Below, piece after piece: positions 63,836 to 64,000 of a stretch of 64,000 nt of DNA; within the stretch, counting starts at the first letter, position 1; each line of letters begins with the position of its first letter. Below the pieces are notes generated by a model. The model ran no database searches. It was not told the origin of the DNA and was given only the letters and a program-made list of their open reading frames with translations. This DNA comes from Eledone cirrhosa (Eukaryota). The position numbers and the translations under genes are program-made. The DNA lies in contig OZ024760.1 in assembly GCA_964016885.1 (NCBI GenBank), positions 17,236,001 through 17,300,000 on the forward strand, read 5' to 3'.

Positions 63836-64000
63836 GCTATGCTATTACCATCTCATTCACCATCGCTGGTTACTAAAAGTTAGTGACCCTTCAACTCCCT
63901 ACCCTCTCTTTTCAAAAATAAATATCAGCAAAAAAGAGGCCAAAAGGAATATGTCTGTTATCACTATTACTGTTATTATTATTATTATTATTAATACCAT

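Overview
AT-rich, microsatellite-saturated eukaryotic DNA, most likely from an octopod cephalopod (inferred from recognisable octopus-type tRNA SINEs and RTE tails; not verified). Nearly all long ORFs in the supplied track are translations of simple repeats. One gene is recognisable: the 5' end of CHERP (SURP-domain splicing factor) on the + strand. It has a promoter at ~34.96 kb, coding exon 1 at 35008-35032 and exon 2 at 41876-42046; no exon 3 was found before the window ends. A second, unidentified gene probably runs on the - strand from a TATA/CRE promoter at ~17.25 kb towards a candidate coding exon at 1206-1000. The rest is SINEs, RTE and CRE LINE fragments, hAT, piggyBac and Tc1 MITEs, and satellites. 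The main unexplained signal is a dispersed set of short elements sitting in or next to (TA)n tracts that carry type I hammerhead ribozyme motifs (CUGANGA...GAAA...UH). They fall into at least six sequence families, show covarying stems and palindromic stem III, and are very often arranged as fold-back inverted repeats broken inside the ribozyme. These look like Penelope-like pLTR or retrozyme relics, and many lie in CHERP introns. A tandem array of five extra copies of the CHERP exon-2 splice donor is the second notable oddity. All structures were read by eye; no folding or database searches were run.
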